Below are positions 63,079 to 64,000 of a stretch of 64,000 nucleotides of DNA, in pieces. The position numbers were made by a program, and so were the translations under genes. This stretch comes from Haliotis cracherodii (taxonomy: Eukaryota). Within the stretch, counting starts at the first letter, position 1. The number at the start of each line of letters is the position of its first letter. The notes beneath the pieces are model-generated. The model had not been told where the DNA came from, ran no database searches, and was given only the letters and a program-made list of their open reading frames with translations. The stretch is from NCBI RefSeq assembly GCF_022045235.1, contig NW_027266297.1, forward strand, positions 38,006,001-38,070,000. The letters run 5' to 3'.

Positions 63079-64000
63079 GCAATAAGTTTGTGTGTGCAGT
63101 TTCTGTTTTCTTTATTATGTTTTTGTTGGACCATTTCCAATTACATTAATATTTACACTTTGTGCCTCTTCTGTTTGGAATTGGTCCCCAGTGACCCATC
63201 CCTGGAATAAATGGACTAGGTGGTCAGTTGGGTTTGGGTGACACAGAAAGACACGATACATCATGGAGAATAATGGTCAGGCCTCGAGACCAAGTATCTG
63301 AATTATCATTAGAATTGTTATAGCAGAACTTGCTTAAAATACGCACAAAAATTCGCCATAACTCAATTCATTTTGACTTTCTTGCAGACAAATACACATG
63401 AAAAAAGTGACTACAAACAAAAGTATAACGCCACTGCATATTTACCCAGTTTACCGAGTTTAGCCTATTGAGCTTGTGTATCTGTATGTCGTTGTAGATC
63501 TTTATTTATTGATTGAATGCAGGCATCACATATGCATGAACCCTACTCCAGTGAATAATGCAAAATAAGCTGCCACGCCTGGCTTATTGCATCTTCACAA
63601 GGCAAGTGAGTTCACTGACTATAAAAGTCCAGTTTCCACCCTTGCCGAACTAGGCTGGTATTATGGAGTTACATTTTTTGCTGGACCAACGAGTCTATGC
63701 ATAGTCCAATCAAAGTAGCGTACTGAAATCGAAATCCGGTTCGTAAAGTGTCATGCAGATTTCGGTCGACTGCAGGATTTGCAAAGCATGTGCACCGCTA
63801 ACTCGTTGTCAACAGATATTTTCTAAATCTTTTCATGCTTTTAATCAAGGTGCTCACGAGATTTGATGCACTTCGCGATGTAAGACTCGTTTTATCACAA
63901 TATAGATCTTGATTATCAATCATATCATCTTGACTGGGAGCCACCGTTTTGTTTGAAGCAAATGCAAGTGATACGAGATGTTGAATCTGATTGGTCAATA

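Overview
AT-rich, repeat-dense eukaryotic DNA from an invertebrate, most likely a mollusc (abalone-like, inferred from the SINE content and a protamine-like gene), with one 135-nt assembly gap. Genes supported by splice-phase-consistent reconstruction: the first 10 coding exons of IFT172 (minus strand, continuing off the left edge), head-to-head with a 4-exon MARVEL-domain membrane protein. Further right are two divergent paralogous coiled-coil genes with the same exon layout (450 aa and 361 aa, minus strand). Between them lies an intronless 134-aa protamine-like/H1-tail-like basic protein gene with a TATA box and a perfect replication-dependent-histone 3' stem-loop plus a purine-rich downstream element. 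The right end holds an intronless GPKOW and the first short exons of an unidentified plus-strand gene. Mobile DNA includes a frameshifted Tc1 (DD34E) element, a Penelope-like RT remnant, three short retroelement families sharing one 3' tail (one with a pseudoknot-like, non-tRNA head), many MITEs, a Helentron-like element and several minisatellites. There are also four ~150-bp hairpins with unrelated arms but a shared periodic TC/TC mismatch architecture.
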